Shown here: positions 1 through 14,330 of the stretch, one piece after another
Numbering within the stretch: the stretch's first letter is position 1
Layout: each line of letters opens with the position of its first letter
Assembly: GCF_009914755.1 (NCBI RefSeq)
Contig: NC_060929.1
Length of the DNA: 64,000 bases
DNA from: the human T2T-CHM13v2.0 reference genome, Homo sapiens
Reading direction: 5' to 3' (one strand)
The notes under the pieces: model-generated
Seen by the model: the letters and a program-made list of their open reading frames with translations, nothing else
Told to the model about the DNA's origin: nothing
Database searches by the model: none
Position numbers and translations under genes: made by a program

Positions 1-1419
1 TGGGAACTCTGTCCTGGGAAGTTTTCAAATCTCTGTCAGCCAGAGAACATCAGTGGGAGTTGCTGGAGGCCCCTGTTTTGATGTCCCACCCAGTGAGAAG
101 GAATGGATTGATGTGATAATTGAGCATCAATTTGATTGGATCAAAGGATGCAAAGTATTGTTTCTATGTGTATCTGTGAGAATGTTGCTAAAGAAGGTTA
201 ACATTTGAGTCAGTGTACTCAGAAAGACAGTCCTACTCTCAATCTGAGTGGGCACGATCTAATCAGCTGCCTCCATAGCCAGAATTATAAAGCAGGAAGA
301 AGAACGTGGAAAGACTAGACTGGCTGAGTCTTCTGGCCTCCATTTTTCTTCCATGCTGAATACCTTTTGCCCTCGAATATTGGACTCCAAGTTCTTCAGA
401 TTTGGGACTCTTGGACCTTTGACCACAGACTGAAGGCTGCACTGTCACATTCCCTACTTTTGAGATTTTAGGCCTCAGACTGGCTTCTTTGTTCCTCAGC
501 CTGCAGATGGCTTATTGTGAGACTTCACCTTGTGATTGTGTGACTCAATAATTCTTAGTAAACTCTCCTTTATATATACACATCTATCCTATTCATTCAG
601 TCCCTTTAGATTACCTTGATTAATACAATCAGGGACCCACTTAAAGAAGCAGTCTGGCCATGATTTGATACAGAAGCTGTGCTGTGCTGGGGGATCCCTT
701 CTGCCCTCGGTCAGTTTGGGATCTCCTAAGTCCACAGTCTGGAATGGCTGTGTTATCCAAACAACAAAGATGGTAGCCCACCCCTGCCCCTGGAAACCCT
801 GTTCTGGGTAAAGGTGACACTGTTGCCAGTGGTTGGCTGGAATTCCAAGCCAATGGGTCTTATCCTGTCAGAAGCCATGGAAATGGGACCTACATACCAT
901 CACTGTTCTGCCCCTTGGATTCAGCCCCTTCCCAGGGGAGGTCCAACCTCCCACCTTGCCAGAGTTGCAGTCACTTTTGCCAGGAAGCCTGGAACCAGAA
1001 TATGTAAAGCTCCTGGGCCTCTGTGTGTGCCTGAGCAGCTGCTCCCCCAAGACTCCACACAGTTCTGTGTATCAGACTGAAGGACCTGGTAGAGTGGATT
1101 CATGAGGGATCTCCTGACCCAAGAGTGATCTTTTGGGGGTTGCAAAGATCCACTGGAGAAGCATTGTTTCCCAGGGTTGCCCATTCACTAACCACTTCCC
1201 TGGATGGAGGAGGTTCCCCTGGCTCTGTGTCACTCCCGGGTGGGCTGTCATCCTGTCTTGCTTTTCTTCATTTTCTGTGGGTTGTTTCCTTGATTAGCCC
1301 CAATGTGAGTACCTAGATGTTTCAGTTGAAGGTGCTGTATTTACTTGCCCCTTTCATTCCTCTCTGTGAGAGCCACACACCATAGCTGCTTCTAATTGGC
1401 CATCTTGGCCCAAATCCCC
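1..1419 (-). mobile_element. Old primate L1 (L1PB/L1PREC-like) 5'UTR region, interrupted by an MLT2A LTR; continues off the left edge
   Basis: Reverse complement of 1385-1419 reads GGGGATTTGGGCCAAGATGGCCAATTAGAAGCAGC, an L1 5' terminus with the YY1-type CAAGATGGC. GC-rich L1 5'UTR-like sequence at 1-111 and 628-1419. Confidence 0.75.
112..627 (+). mobile_element. MLT2A (HERV-L) solo LTR
   Basis: Starts TGTGAT...TTGATTGGATCAAAGGATGCAAAGTATTG and ends ...TAATACA, matching MLT2A termini. Flanks ATTGA/ATCAG are at best a decayed 5-bp TSD. Confidence 0.85.
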
Positions 1420-3278
1420 AGCATTTTAAAGCAGATTAAGAATTGTCAAATTCTTCCTTAGGGTAGGAAGGACTCAGAACTACAATGCTTTGAGTCAAGA
1501 CTTCTTCCTCCTCCTGATTCTTTCTTTATTGAAAAAAAGATCAACAGGAAAGACATTAGGTCCTGTCACTTGAAACTTAGCATTTATTATTCCCTAATTT
1601 TGCACTCCACCTCTCCTGTCTTGACTACTTCTGTAACTGACTTGACTGATGACCAGAAATGAAGTGTAAGCAAATTCTACTGGAAGAATAATATAGCCAA
1701 GGTTCAGAGAGAGAGCAGAGTGTTATTTGGAAACCACTCTGTTCCATTCATGACAGCATGAAAATTAATCATTAATGAGCTATTCTTTTATTTACAAAGA
1801 TGATGCCACTGATTCAAGACCAGGCATTACCTCTGAATTAGTTTTTTGTAAGTAGGGAATGACTGTACAGAATCTTTCACAATATTGCTCATTCCTTTAT
1901 TATCAGCAAGTTACTATCAGCAAGTTGCAGTTTGGCTGCCTAGGATAAGTGAAGTCTGTAACTATATACCAGTACATCAAGAATCTTTATTTTTAATGTA
2001 AAGATGGCTTTAATAAAGTACTTGAAGGAAGCAGTTAAGATTAAGGTAGATTCACTGCCAGGAGGAAGCAAGTAGGAGACCATTGGAAGGAATATTAACA
2101 ATTATTAAGGCAGAACAATCATATGTAGGACTTGAAAATAAATGGCCACAACCCAGACACTACAATTACATTGTTCTGATGGGTGCCAAGACTCTAAATT
2201 TTAACAATTCAAATGAAGGTGGGTTCTGAGATAACATTCTAAGAAACAGTGGTTAAAGGATGAGTAAAGAAAAAAGGAAGACACTGATGTTCACATTTTT
2301 GTTTTTATTTTGTCTGCATGCAATTCTTGACCACTGATAGTCTCTATTGATTGCCAAGCACTAAAGATAGTAAATAAATAAACTTGGAATATATGCATAA
2401 ACATCAACTGACTTTGATTTGTAAATTTAAGCAAAAAAACTATAATTATTTAATTTCTTTGTCTTTTCTTTGAAATACCAGTTTTGCATTACAATTATGT
2501 TCTCAAAATATGGTATATTAAAGCATATTGACATTTAAGGGACTTAAATTGTTTAATAACATGATCATTTCCAAATACCATCTCTTACCTGTACTACCTT
2601 TGATTTATAATCACCACAGAGCAGCCAAAGTGACTGTAGCAAGCTTTCATTAGGGTGCCACCAAAATATCTTGTTCTTTGGATGAGAATAAATTATAAGC
2701 TTTGCCAATATTGTGTTGTACATGGAGAAGTGGATTTCATAGGCTAAGCAATGAGACTGTCATGTTTTCTCAAAAATTGGGAGACTGTATACACATGAGA
2801 CAGCGAAAGGGATAACTATATGGGCAAAAGTTTATTGCATAGAAGATATCTAAGGTTCTCTCTCCTCCAAAATCCTTTGATCGTAAACCTCCATGAATGG
2901 AAGATATAACCAAAGAAACTCTAACTCTTTCAGTACAACATCTGAGAGTAATTCACCCTTAGAATTCTAATTCAGAAAACATAGTGGCATAATATATTAA
3001 AGTGAGGGTATTTCAAGATCTTAATCATGGTTTGCCAAAACATAAATGAGTATACATATCAAAAGTTATTTTCAGCAGTTAGCAAAAAGACATTATTTGG
3101 CCAGTGAAATGAAATCAAGACACTCAAGCCAACCATTTTGTTTCTCCCCAAAATTCCAACTTGCCCAATGCCTGAAGACAAGCTGACAATCCTCAATTTG
3201 TAGAAAAAGATTGATCAGGAAGGTCCCTGTCCCTGTAGGTGAGATATATAGAAAGAGATATCTCCTAAGCAACCCTAG

Positions 3279-3644
<366 letters not shown>

Positions 3645-4827
3645 AGTATTAGCACTTTAAACACTTGTGTTATTGTTACATGGCCTTTATTTAAATGTGT
3701 AAAATGCCTAAAGCCTTTTTCTAAAACTAACTCCCAAAAAGTACATTCTTCGTAAGCAATAAAATGCAGATTGTTGTTGTTGTTTGGTTTTGAAGGGGAA
3801 AATGGTGAATAGGAGGCAGAACTAACTTGCAGCTCCCACTCTGACAGACACAGCAGCATGTGGAGACCACATCATGAACTTTTGCTCCAAGAACTACTGC
3901 AGAAACATACCAGGAAAGCCAAGAGAATCCACAGACCCTTTGAAGGAGGCAGATTGCTTCTTCAGGCCTATGGGACAACCAAAGAATTGCAAGCCTGCTT
4001 GCTTTCCCAGCTGGGAAGCTTGCAGCCTGGGGAAAGTTCTCAGCCATGCTCACTGGCTTCCTGGAAATAAACTTGGTGCTGCTGGTGGTGTGTGGTGGGA
4101 GTGAGACCAACATGTCAGGCTGTGGGCTGTATGGGGGCTGGGTGAGGCCTGTGGCTGCCAACTTTCCCCCACTTCCTTGGAAACCCGTGTGACACAACAG
4201 AGGCAGCCATGATCCCCCTGAGAACATGACTCAGTTAGCCTGGTAACCACACCTCCATTCCCCACAGCAGCTGCAGGAGAGCCTATACCCAAGGCGAGTC
4301 TGAGCTCACCTAACCCTGCTCACACCTCATGGTCTTTCTCTACCTGCCCTGGTAGCTGAAGACAAGGGACATAATCTCTTGGGGGCTCTATGGCCCCACC
4401 CACCACCTGATTCTCCCTATACTACCACAGCTGATGTACTCTTGAAAATGCCACCTCCTAGCTGGAGGCCAACCAACACAAAATCAGCACACTTAACAAA
4501 AATGCAACCAAGGACCCTCACAGAGTCTGCTTCACTCCCCTGCTACCTTCATTGAAGCAGGGGCTGGTATCCATGACTGAGAGACCTGAAGATGAATCAT
4601 ATCACAGGACATCTTGCAGACACTGCCCAGTACCAGTCTGGAGCCCCATAGCTCCACTGAGTGGCCAGATCCAGAAAAGAAATAACAATCTCTGCAGTTT
4701 GGCCCTCAGGAAGCCCCATCCCTAGAGGGAATGGGAGAGCACCACATCAAAGGAACACCCATGGGACAAAAGAATCTGAACAGCAGCTTTGGAGCCCCAG
4801 ATCTTCCCTCTGACAAAGTCTACCCAA

Positions 4828-5830
4828 ATGATAAGGAACCAGAAAAACAATTCTAGTAATATGACAAATCTAGCTACTTAACTCCCCTAAAAGATCACAC
4901 TAATTCACCAGCAATAGATCCAAACCAAGAAACCTCTGAATTGCCAGAAAAAGAATTCAGAAGGTCGACTATTAAGCCAATCAAGGAGGCACCAAAGAAA
5001 GGTGAAGTTCAACCTAAAGAAATTTTTAAAAAAATGATACAGGATATAAATGGAAAAATCTCCAGTGAAATAGATAGCATAAATAAAAAACAATCACAAC
5101 TTTTAGAAATAAAGGACACAAAGAATTGTATTGGAAAGTGCACTGGAAAGTCTCAGCAATAGGATCAAACAAGTAGAAGAAAGGACTTCAGAGCTCAAAG
5201 ACAAGACTTTAAAATTAACCCAATCCCACAAAGACAAAGAAAAAAGAATTTTAAAAAATGAACAAAGCCTCCAATGAGTTTGGGATCATGTTAAACAACC
5301 AAATCTAAGAATAATTGGTGTTCCCGAGGAAGAAGAGAAATCTAAAAGTTTGGAAAATATATTTGAGGGAATAATCGATGAAAACTTCCCTGGTCTTGCT
5401 AGAGATCTAGACCTCCAAATACAAGAAGCTCAAAGAACACCTGGGAAATTCATCACAAAAAGATTATCACCTAGGCACATAGTCATCAGGTTATCTAAAG
5501 TCAAGACAAAGGAAAGAATTTTAAGAGCTGTGAGGCAAAAGCATCAGGTAACCTATAAAGGAAAACCAATCAGATTAACAGCAGATTTCTCAACAGAAAC
5601 TCTACAAGCTAGAAGGGATTAGGGTCCTATCTTTAGCCTTCTTAAACAAAACAATTATCAGTCAAAAATTTTATATCCAGCTAAACTAAGCTTTATAAAT
5701 GAAGAAAAGATACAGTCTTTTTCAGACAAACAAATGCTGAGAGAGTTCACCACTACCAAGCCAGCACTACAAGAACTGCTAAAAGGAGCTCTAAATCTTG
5801 AAACAATTTCTTGAAACACGCCAAAATAGA
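4828..5830 (+). pseudogene. L1 ORF1p remnant (stops and frameshifts)
   Basis: ORF fragments 4941-5162 and 5350-5622 (ENFPGLARDLDLQIQEAQRTP...RHIVIRLSK...YKGKPIRLTADFS) carry L1 ORF1p motifs. Confidence 0.85.
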
Positions 5831-5912
5831 ATCTCCTTAAAACATAAATCTCCCACGACCTAAGAAAGAACACACAATGAAAGAAAATCAAGGTACTCAG
5901 GCAACAAATAGC

Positions 5913-8900
5913 ATGATGAAGAGAATAGTACCTCACATCTCAATACTAACATTGAATATAAATGCCTAAAGGCTCCACCTAAAAGATACAGAATGGCAGA
6001 ATGGGTAAGAATTCACCAACCAAGTATCTTTGGTCTTCAAAAGACTCACCTGACACATAAGAACTCACATAAACTTAACGTAGAGGTGTGGAAAAAGATA
6101 TTCCATGCAAATGAACACCAAAATTGAGCAGGAGAAGCTACTTTTATATCAGACAAAACAACCTTTAAAGCAACAGCAGTTAAAAAAGACAAAGAGGGAC
6201 ATCATACAGTGATAAAAGGACTAGGCCAACAAGAAATTATCGTGATCTGAAATATGTATGCACCTAAAACTGGAGCATCCACATTTATAAAACAATTACT
6301 ACTAGACATGAGATATGAGATAGACAGTAACATAGTAATACTGAAGGACTTCAATACTCCACTGACAGCACGAGACAGGGCATCAAGACAGAAAGTTGAC
6401 AATGAAACAATGGACTTAAACTGTACCCTAGAACAAATGGACTTCGATATTTACAGAACATTCTACCCAACAACTGCAGAACACACATAATTTTTATCAG
6501 CACATGGAACATTCTCCAAGATAGAATGATAGAATGACCATATGATAGGCCACAAAATAAGTCTCAACAAATTTAAGAAAATCAAAATTATAGCAATTAC
6601 TCTCAGACCACAGTAGAATAAAATTAAAAATCAACACCAAAAGGAACCCTCAAAATGATGCAAATACATGGAAACTAAATAACCCACTCCTGAATGTTTG
6701 TTAGGTCAACAATGAAATCAAGATAGATTTTTAAAAATTCTTTGAACTAAATGATAAAAGTGACAAAACCTATCAAAACCTCTGAGATACAGCAATGGCA
6801 GTGCTGAGAGGAAAGTTCATAGCATTAAATGCCTACATCAAAAAGTCTGAAAGATCACAAATAGACAATCTAAGGTCACACCTCAAGGAACTAGAAAAAC
6901 AAGAACAAACCAAGCCCAAACTTAGCAGAAAAAAGAAATAACCAAGGTCAGAGCAGAACTAAATGAAACTGAAAAAAAAGCTGTTTTTTTAATAGAAAAA
7001 TAAAATTGATAGACCATTAGTGAGACTAACCAAGAAAAAAAGAGAGACTATCCAAATAAGTTTAATTAGAAAGGAAACAAGAGATATTACAGCCGATACC
7101 ACAGAAATACAAAAAAATCATCCAAGGCTACTATGAACACCTTTACCTGCATAAACTAGAAAACCTAGAGGAGATGGATAAATCCTGGAAATATACAACC
7201 CTCCTAGAATAAACCAGGAAAAAAAATAGAAATTCTAAATAGATCAATTACAAGCAGTGAGATTGAAATAGTAACTTAAAAGTTACCAAAAAATAAAAGT
7301 CCAGGACTGGTATCAGTTGTAATATCTTTAGCAGACATTCAAAGAATTAGTAAATTCTATCAGACATTCAAAGAAGAATTAGTACTGATCCTATTGACAC
7401 TATTCCACAGAATACAGAAAAAATGGAATCCTCCCTAAATCATTCTATGAAGCCAGTATCACCTTAATACCCAAACCAGGAAAAGACATAACAAAAAAAG
7501 AAAACTACAGACCAATATCTCTTATGAACATAAATGCAAAAATCCTCAACAAAATCCTAGCTAACTAAATCGAACAGCATATCAAAAAGATAATACACCA
7601 TGATCAAGTGGATTTCATACTAGGGATGTGAAATCGTTTATCATCTACAAGTCAATAAATGTGATACACCACATAAACAGAATTAAAAACAAATATCACA
7701 TGATCATCTCAATACATGCAGAAAAAGTATTTGACAAAATCCAGCAATCCTTTATGATTAAAGCCCTCAGAAAAATCATACCTTCAACCTACTCATCTGA
7801 CAAAGGGCTAATATCCAGAATCTACAATGAACTCAAACAAATTTACAAGGAAAAAACAAACAACCCCATCAAAAAGTGGGCAAAGGACATGAACAGACAC
7901 TTCTCAAAAGAAGACATTTATGCAGCCAAAAAACATGAAAAAATGCTCACCATCACTAGCCATCAGAGAAATGCAAATCAAAACCACAATGAGATATCAT
8001 CTCACACCAGTTAGAATGGCGATCATTCAAAAGTCAGGAAACAACAGGTGCTGGAGAGGATGTGGAGAAATAGGAACACTTTTACACTGTTGGTGGGACT
8101 GTAAACTAGTTCAACCATTGTGGAAGTCAGTGTGGCGATTCCTCAGGGATCTAGAACTACAAATACCATTTGACCCAGCCATCCCATTACTGGGTATATA
8201 CCCAAAGGACTATAAATCATGCTGCTATAAAGACACATGCACACGTATGTTTATTGCGGCACTATTCACAATAGCAAAGACTTGGAACCAACCCAAATGT
8301 CCAACAACGATAGACTGGATTAAGAAAATGTGGCACATATACACCATGGAATACTATGCAGCCATAAAAAATGATGAGTTCATGTCCTTTGTAGGGACAT
8401 GGATGAAGTTGGAAATCATCATTCTCAGTAAACTATCGCAAGAACAAAAAACCAAACACTGCATATTCTCACTCATAGGTGGGAATTGAACAATGAGAAC
8501 ACATGGACACAGGAAGGGGAACATCACACTCTGGGGACTGTTGTGGGGTGGGGGGAGGGGGGAGGGATAGCATTGGGAGATATACCTAATGCTAGACGAC
8601 GAGTTAATGGGTGCAGCGCACCAGCATGTCACATGTATACATATGTAACTAACCTGCACATTGTGCACATGTACCCTAAAACTTAAAGTATGATAAGAAT
8701 AATAAAAAAAAAAGAAAAATCATACCTTAAGGTAATAAAAGCCAACTATGACAAACCCACAGCCAACATTATACTGAATGGGGAAATGTTGAAAGCATTC
8801 CCCCTGAGAACTGGAACAAGACAAGGATGCTTACTTTCACCACTTCTATTCAACATAGTACTGGAAGTTCTAGCCAAAGCAATCAGACAAGAGAAAGAAG

Positions 8901-10690
8901 TAAAGGGCATCCAAATGGGTAAAGAAAATTCAAACTGTCACTGTTTGCCAATGACATGATTATATACCTAGAAAACCCTGAAGACTCATCCTAAAAAAAG
9001 CTCCTAGAACTGGTAAATGAATCCAGCAAAGTTTCAAGATACAAAATTAATGTGCACAATCAGTAGCCTTGCTATATACCAACAGCAACCAAGCTGAGAA
9101 TCAAATCAAGAACTGAACCACTTTTAAAACAGCTGTAAAAAATAAAATAAAATAAGGTTTGTAGCAATGTTCTTAACCAATGAAGTGAACGGTCTCTACA
9201 AGGAAAACTGCAAAACACTGCTGAAAGAAATCATAGACAACACAAAGAAATAGAAATACATTCCATGCTCATGAATAGGTAGAATCAACATTGTGAAAAT
9301 GACCATACTGCCAAAAGCAATCTACAAATTCAATGTAATTGCCATCCAAATACCATCATCATTATTCACAGAACTAGAAAAAAACAATCCTAAAATTCAC
9401 GTGGAACCAAAAATGAGCCCACACAATTAAAGCAAGACTAAGCAAAACAAGCAAACCTGGAGGTATCACATTACCTGATTTAAAACTATACTATAAGGCC
9501 ATAGTCACCAAAACAACATGGTACTGGTATAAAAACAGGCATATAGACCAATGGAACAGAATAGATAACACAGAAATAAAGCCAAATTATTTACAGTCAA
9601 CTGATCTTTGACAAAGCAAACAAAAACACAAAGTGGGGAAAGGATACCCTATTCCACAAATGGTACTGGGATAATTGGCAAGCCAAATGCAGAAGAATAA
9701 AATGATCCTCATCTCTCACCTTATGCAAAAATCAACTCAAGGTGGATCAAAGACTTAAATCCAAGACCAGAAACCATAAACATTCTAGAAGATAATGTCG
9801 GAAAAACCCTCTAGACATTGGCTTAGGCAAAGAGCTCACGACCCAGGAACTTAAAAGCAAATGCAACAAAAACAAAGATAAATAGATGGTACCTAATTAA
9901 ACTAAAAAGCTTCTGCACAGCAAATAAAATAATCAGCAGAGTAAACAGAGAACCCACAGAATGGGAGAAAATATTTGCAATCTGTATATCTGAAAAAGGA
10001 CTAATATTCAGAATCTACAATGAACTCAAACAAATCAGCAAGAAGGAAAACAAAAAATCCCATCAAAACGTGGGCTAAGGACATAGACAATTCTCAAAAG
10101 AAGATATACAAGTGCCCAACATATGAAAAAATGCCCATCGCTAATTATCAGGGAAATGCAAATCAAAACCACAATGCAATACCACCTTACTCCTGCAAGA
10201 ATGGCCATAATCAAAAAATCAGAAAATAATAGATGTTGGCATGGATGTGATGAAAATGGAACACTTTTACACTATTGATGGGAATGTAAACTAGTACAAC
10301 CACTATGGAAAACAGTGTGGAGATTTCTTAAAGAACTAAAAGTAGATCTAACAAAAAAACTAAAAGTAGACCATTTGATCCAGTACTCCCATTCCTGGGT
10401 ATCTACCCAGAGGAAAAGAAGTCATTATATGAAAAAGATACTTGCACATGCATATTTATAGCAGCACAATTTGCAAATTGAAAAATATAAACCAGCTTAA
10501 ATGCCCATCTATGATGAGTAGATAAAGGAAATGTGGTATGTACATAATGAAATACTACTTAGCCATAAAAAGGAACAAAATAATGGCATTTGCAGCGACC
10601 TGGATGAATTGCAGACCATTATTCTAAGAGAAGTAACTCAGGAATGGAAAACCAAACATCATATGGTCTCACTCATAAATGGGAATTAAG
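5913..10690 (+). pseudogene. L1 ORF2p (endonuclease/reverse transcriptase) remnant, disrupted
   Basis: Fragments MYAPKTGA...DFNTPL (EN domain) and [21 protein letters not shown] (RT domain); many stops; split by the 7785-8712 insertion. Confidence 0.85.
7785..8712 (+). mobile_element. 5'-truncated young L1PA (L1PA2/3-like) nested in the L1PB ORF2
   Basis: ORF2 C-terminus with intact CCHC motif ([18 protein letters not shown]); 3'UTR GCTAGACGACGAGTTAATGG (GAG, not the Ta ACA); poly-A; perfect 16-bp TSD AGAAAAATCATACCTT at 7769-7784 and 8713-8728. Confidence 0.95.
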
Positions 10691-11017
10691 CTATGAAGAT
10701 GCAAAGGCATAAGAATGACACAATGGACTGGGAACTCAAGGAAAAGGTGGGAAGGGGGTGAGCGATAAAAGACTACCCACTAGGTACAGTGTATACGGCC
10801 TGGGTGATGGTGCACCAAAATCTCAGAAATCACCACTAAAGAACTTATTCATGTAATCAAACACCACCTGTTCTCCAAAAACCTATTTAAATAAAATAAT
10901 AATAATAAGAGAAAATGCAGATTGTTATAATACCACCTTATTGAAGCAGTGGTCTTCAGATTTCTTACTGCTGGTTTTCTTCTCCTTCTACTTCTCCTTC
11001 TCCTCCTTTTCCTTCTC

Positions 11018-11206
11018 CTTTTTTTTTTTTTTTTTTTTTTGTTTGTTTGTTTGTTTGTTTGAACAGCGTCTCACTCTTCAACCCAGGCTGGAGTGCAGTG
11101 GCATAATCATAGCTCACTGCAACCTGAAATTCCTGGCCTCAAGTGATTCTTCCACCTCATCCTCCCAAAGTGCTGGGATTATAGACATGAGCCACCATGC
11201 TCTGCC
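11018..11206 (-). mobile_element. Alu monomer (FRAM-like) with T/(TTTG)n tail
   Basis: Single Alu arm: CCCAGGCTGGAGTGCAGTGG...CCTCCCAAAGTGCTGGGATT. Confidence 0.8.
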
Positions 11207-12199
11207 TGGTGCCTTCTTTCTGATCTTACCACTGGAGACTCTCATCCCCTGTAATTTCTGTCTTCCTTGCTTTATTTTTTCTGCTCTTTTGAACTCACTT
11301 TTTCATTCTCCATATCTTGCCACCATCTCATCAAATAGTTTTTCTCCCTTCATCTAAGATGGATTAAAGATTTAGAAGTATCTTTATGATAAAGTGTTGT
11401 TACATTAAATATTCCTTATTTGTATACATAGAATTTTCTCTCAATAGATTTGATCAAAAAAGGTGGTCTTTAAAACTTTATGTTAAATTTCACAGTCAAG
11501 TCTTGAATTTTTCAGTTAATCTTGACAGACAAAAATCCCATTTCTATCTTAATACTCAATGTTAAAGTATTACATTACTAATAATTTTGCACCTGCACAC
11601 TGTATTAGTATTGAGTCGCACAACCAAAGTATGAAATCCTATTAAATCTTGTTTTCCTTTCATTACGCAAAAGGCAGCATTGACAGCATATTTTGTCAAC
11701 ATTGAATACTGTGGACAAAGAGTACTAAATTACATTTCTTAATCCATGACACCACCTTGAATAACATAGTGTTGAGAAGTTTTGTAAATTTTATAGGGAA
11801 ATAGTAGAATGCTATGAACAGAGTATGTTGGTAACTAACTAGTGGCTTAAGTTTTAGGCAACAACTGTAGCTAGAAAAGCTTTTCATCTGCTGTCTATAA
11901 TATAGTGATTGAACACCTCTCAACTTCAGACCTCCCACCATCATTTTGGCAGTCTGCAAAATTTCCCTTGCATCATCAAAATGTACTCTAAGTGGGGTTC
12001 TCTTTAAAGACCACCCATGAGTTACAGCTGGTATAAAATGCAGCTGATTGGTGCAATTTACATTCATATGTAGTGCAAGGTGGGACTAGACCTATGTGCC
12101 TTTGGATGGCTTGCTTAAAATTGCCTTATTCTTTGTAGGTCAAAGTGACAAATAAGAAGAGCTGAGATCCCTCAGCTTTCTCTCTCCAAAATCTATCTA

Positions 12200-12315
12200 A
12201 AGACTGTATATAGTTTCTAATCCAAGCTGGAACATTTTTCAGCATTAAAGAGGGTGCTACTAATAATTTCACTCAAAATAAACTGAGTCTGTTTGGGGCA
12301 AGGAACAAACAAGGC
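12200..12315. mobile_element. MER94-like hAT DNA transposon relic
   Basis: CCAAGCTGGAACATTTTT...AAAGAGGGTGCTACTAATAATT resembles the recalled MER94 core. Confidence 0.45.
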
Positions 12316-12529
12316 AAAAAGGGGAATAAGAAAGAAAGACCTACAATTCTAGACTCCTGTGCCCACAATGATTTGGCATGAATCTACTATCACCATGTCA
12401 TTGATATTCCATTAATAACCCACTGATTGATGTTGCTTTGGTTTACAGATGCTAATTAATTGTTATTGGTTATGTGATTGCAACCTATACTAGGCCTTAT
12501 CTCCCAAGTCATAATTTAGTTAAATAATA

Positions 12530-13315
<786 letters not shown>

Positions 13316-13989
13316 TATGTAGCATAAAGCTTTTTTATGCATCTTAATTTCCTATTATATTTTTCTGTGGCATAGAGATTTTGCCTATATTTAAACCCTA
13401 CAAGATTAAGTGCAAACTGTCTCTTTTTTCTACTTATATGTAAGTAGAAATATCGCAAATAAGCCAAATGTTTTTATTTATTTATTTATTTATTTAGCTT
13501 TCTCAGTGCCCTTTGCTTTCTTTCATATTCTATCTTCAAACACCTCATTTGTCTTCCTTTCACAAGCTCAGGGAGAATTAAATTAAATGAGTCAGTTTAA
13601 AATGTCAACAGAAAATCCTTTCCTTTCTCTTCATTGATTCTGGGCCTTTTCAAACCTCATCCAAAATATATTTGCATACTTCATTTCTATTGGCTCAGTG
13701 AAACAACTGGACTTGGGTTTGACACTAACAATGTAATTTTAACCCAGAAATAAAGCTTAAAATTGTTGGCATTACAGAAGACTAGTATTCTTTTGAAAAT
13801 ACACTGCTCTGTGAGAATCTTGTATTGTATAATTGAGATACATTAATCAATCAAATATTAATTGAGCAACCAACATGGCAGAAGACCAGGATGAGAACAG
13901 CATCACATGGTAGGATGGCTGGACACAAGGTGTCAGAACATGAGTGGGAGGCACCAGGAGCTACAATGGGAGATTGGTTATATATGGGG

Positions 13990-14330
13990 GTACTGATCTA
14001 ATAACATTAATGATCATGAGAGCCAGGCTTCTCAGTGTTAGGGAAAGAAGTTACAATATGAAAAGTGGGAAATCTAGAATGAACTGTATGTTTGAATTGG
14101 AACTGGAGGTATAGTATCGATTCCTGATTTTTAAAATATCTAAATAGATTTCAAAATAGACATGAAAATGTGCTTATGTGCATATTTACATATGCATATT
14201 TAATGAAAATATATTAAAATATATTAAATAGCATGTATTATTGTATATGAACATATATATATTTTATAAACATACATAGATACGTTTATCAAAAGAATGA
14301 GGGCATTAGAGAGATAACTGATTCCTGATC
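13990..14330 (+). mobile_element. Ancient L1MC-like 3'UTR fragment with AT-rich low-complexity tract
   Basis: GAGAGCCAGGCTTCTCAGTGTT...CTAGAATGAAC...GAATTGGAACTGGAGGTAT resembles the L1MC3/4 3'UTR. Confidence 0.5.

Larger units (their letters stand above)
3776..10911 (+). mobile_element. Full-length degenerate L1 (L1PB-like), interrupted by a young L1PA
   Basis: 5'UTR from ~3792, ORF1 remnants ~4828-5830, ORF2 remnants ~5913-10690, L1PB-type 3'UTR (GGTGCACCAAAATCTCAGAAATCACCACTAAAGAACTT), A-rich tail. Perfect 15-bp TSD AAAATGCAGATTGTT at 3761-3775 and 10912-10926. Confidence 0.93.

Noticed and set aside
107-632. MLT2A flanks ATTGA/ATCAG read as opposite-strand CpG decay of an ATCGG TSD
   Set aside because: Only 2/5 direct identity; plausible but not testable from this sequence.
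7628-8014. 128-aa ORF fusing old L1PB RT sequence in frame to young L1PA ORF2 sequence
   Set aside because: Chance in-frame junction of a nested insertion; non-ATG start and a frameshift at ~7935.
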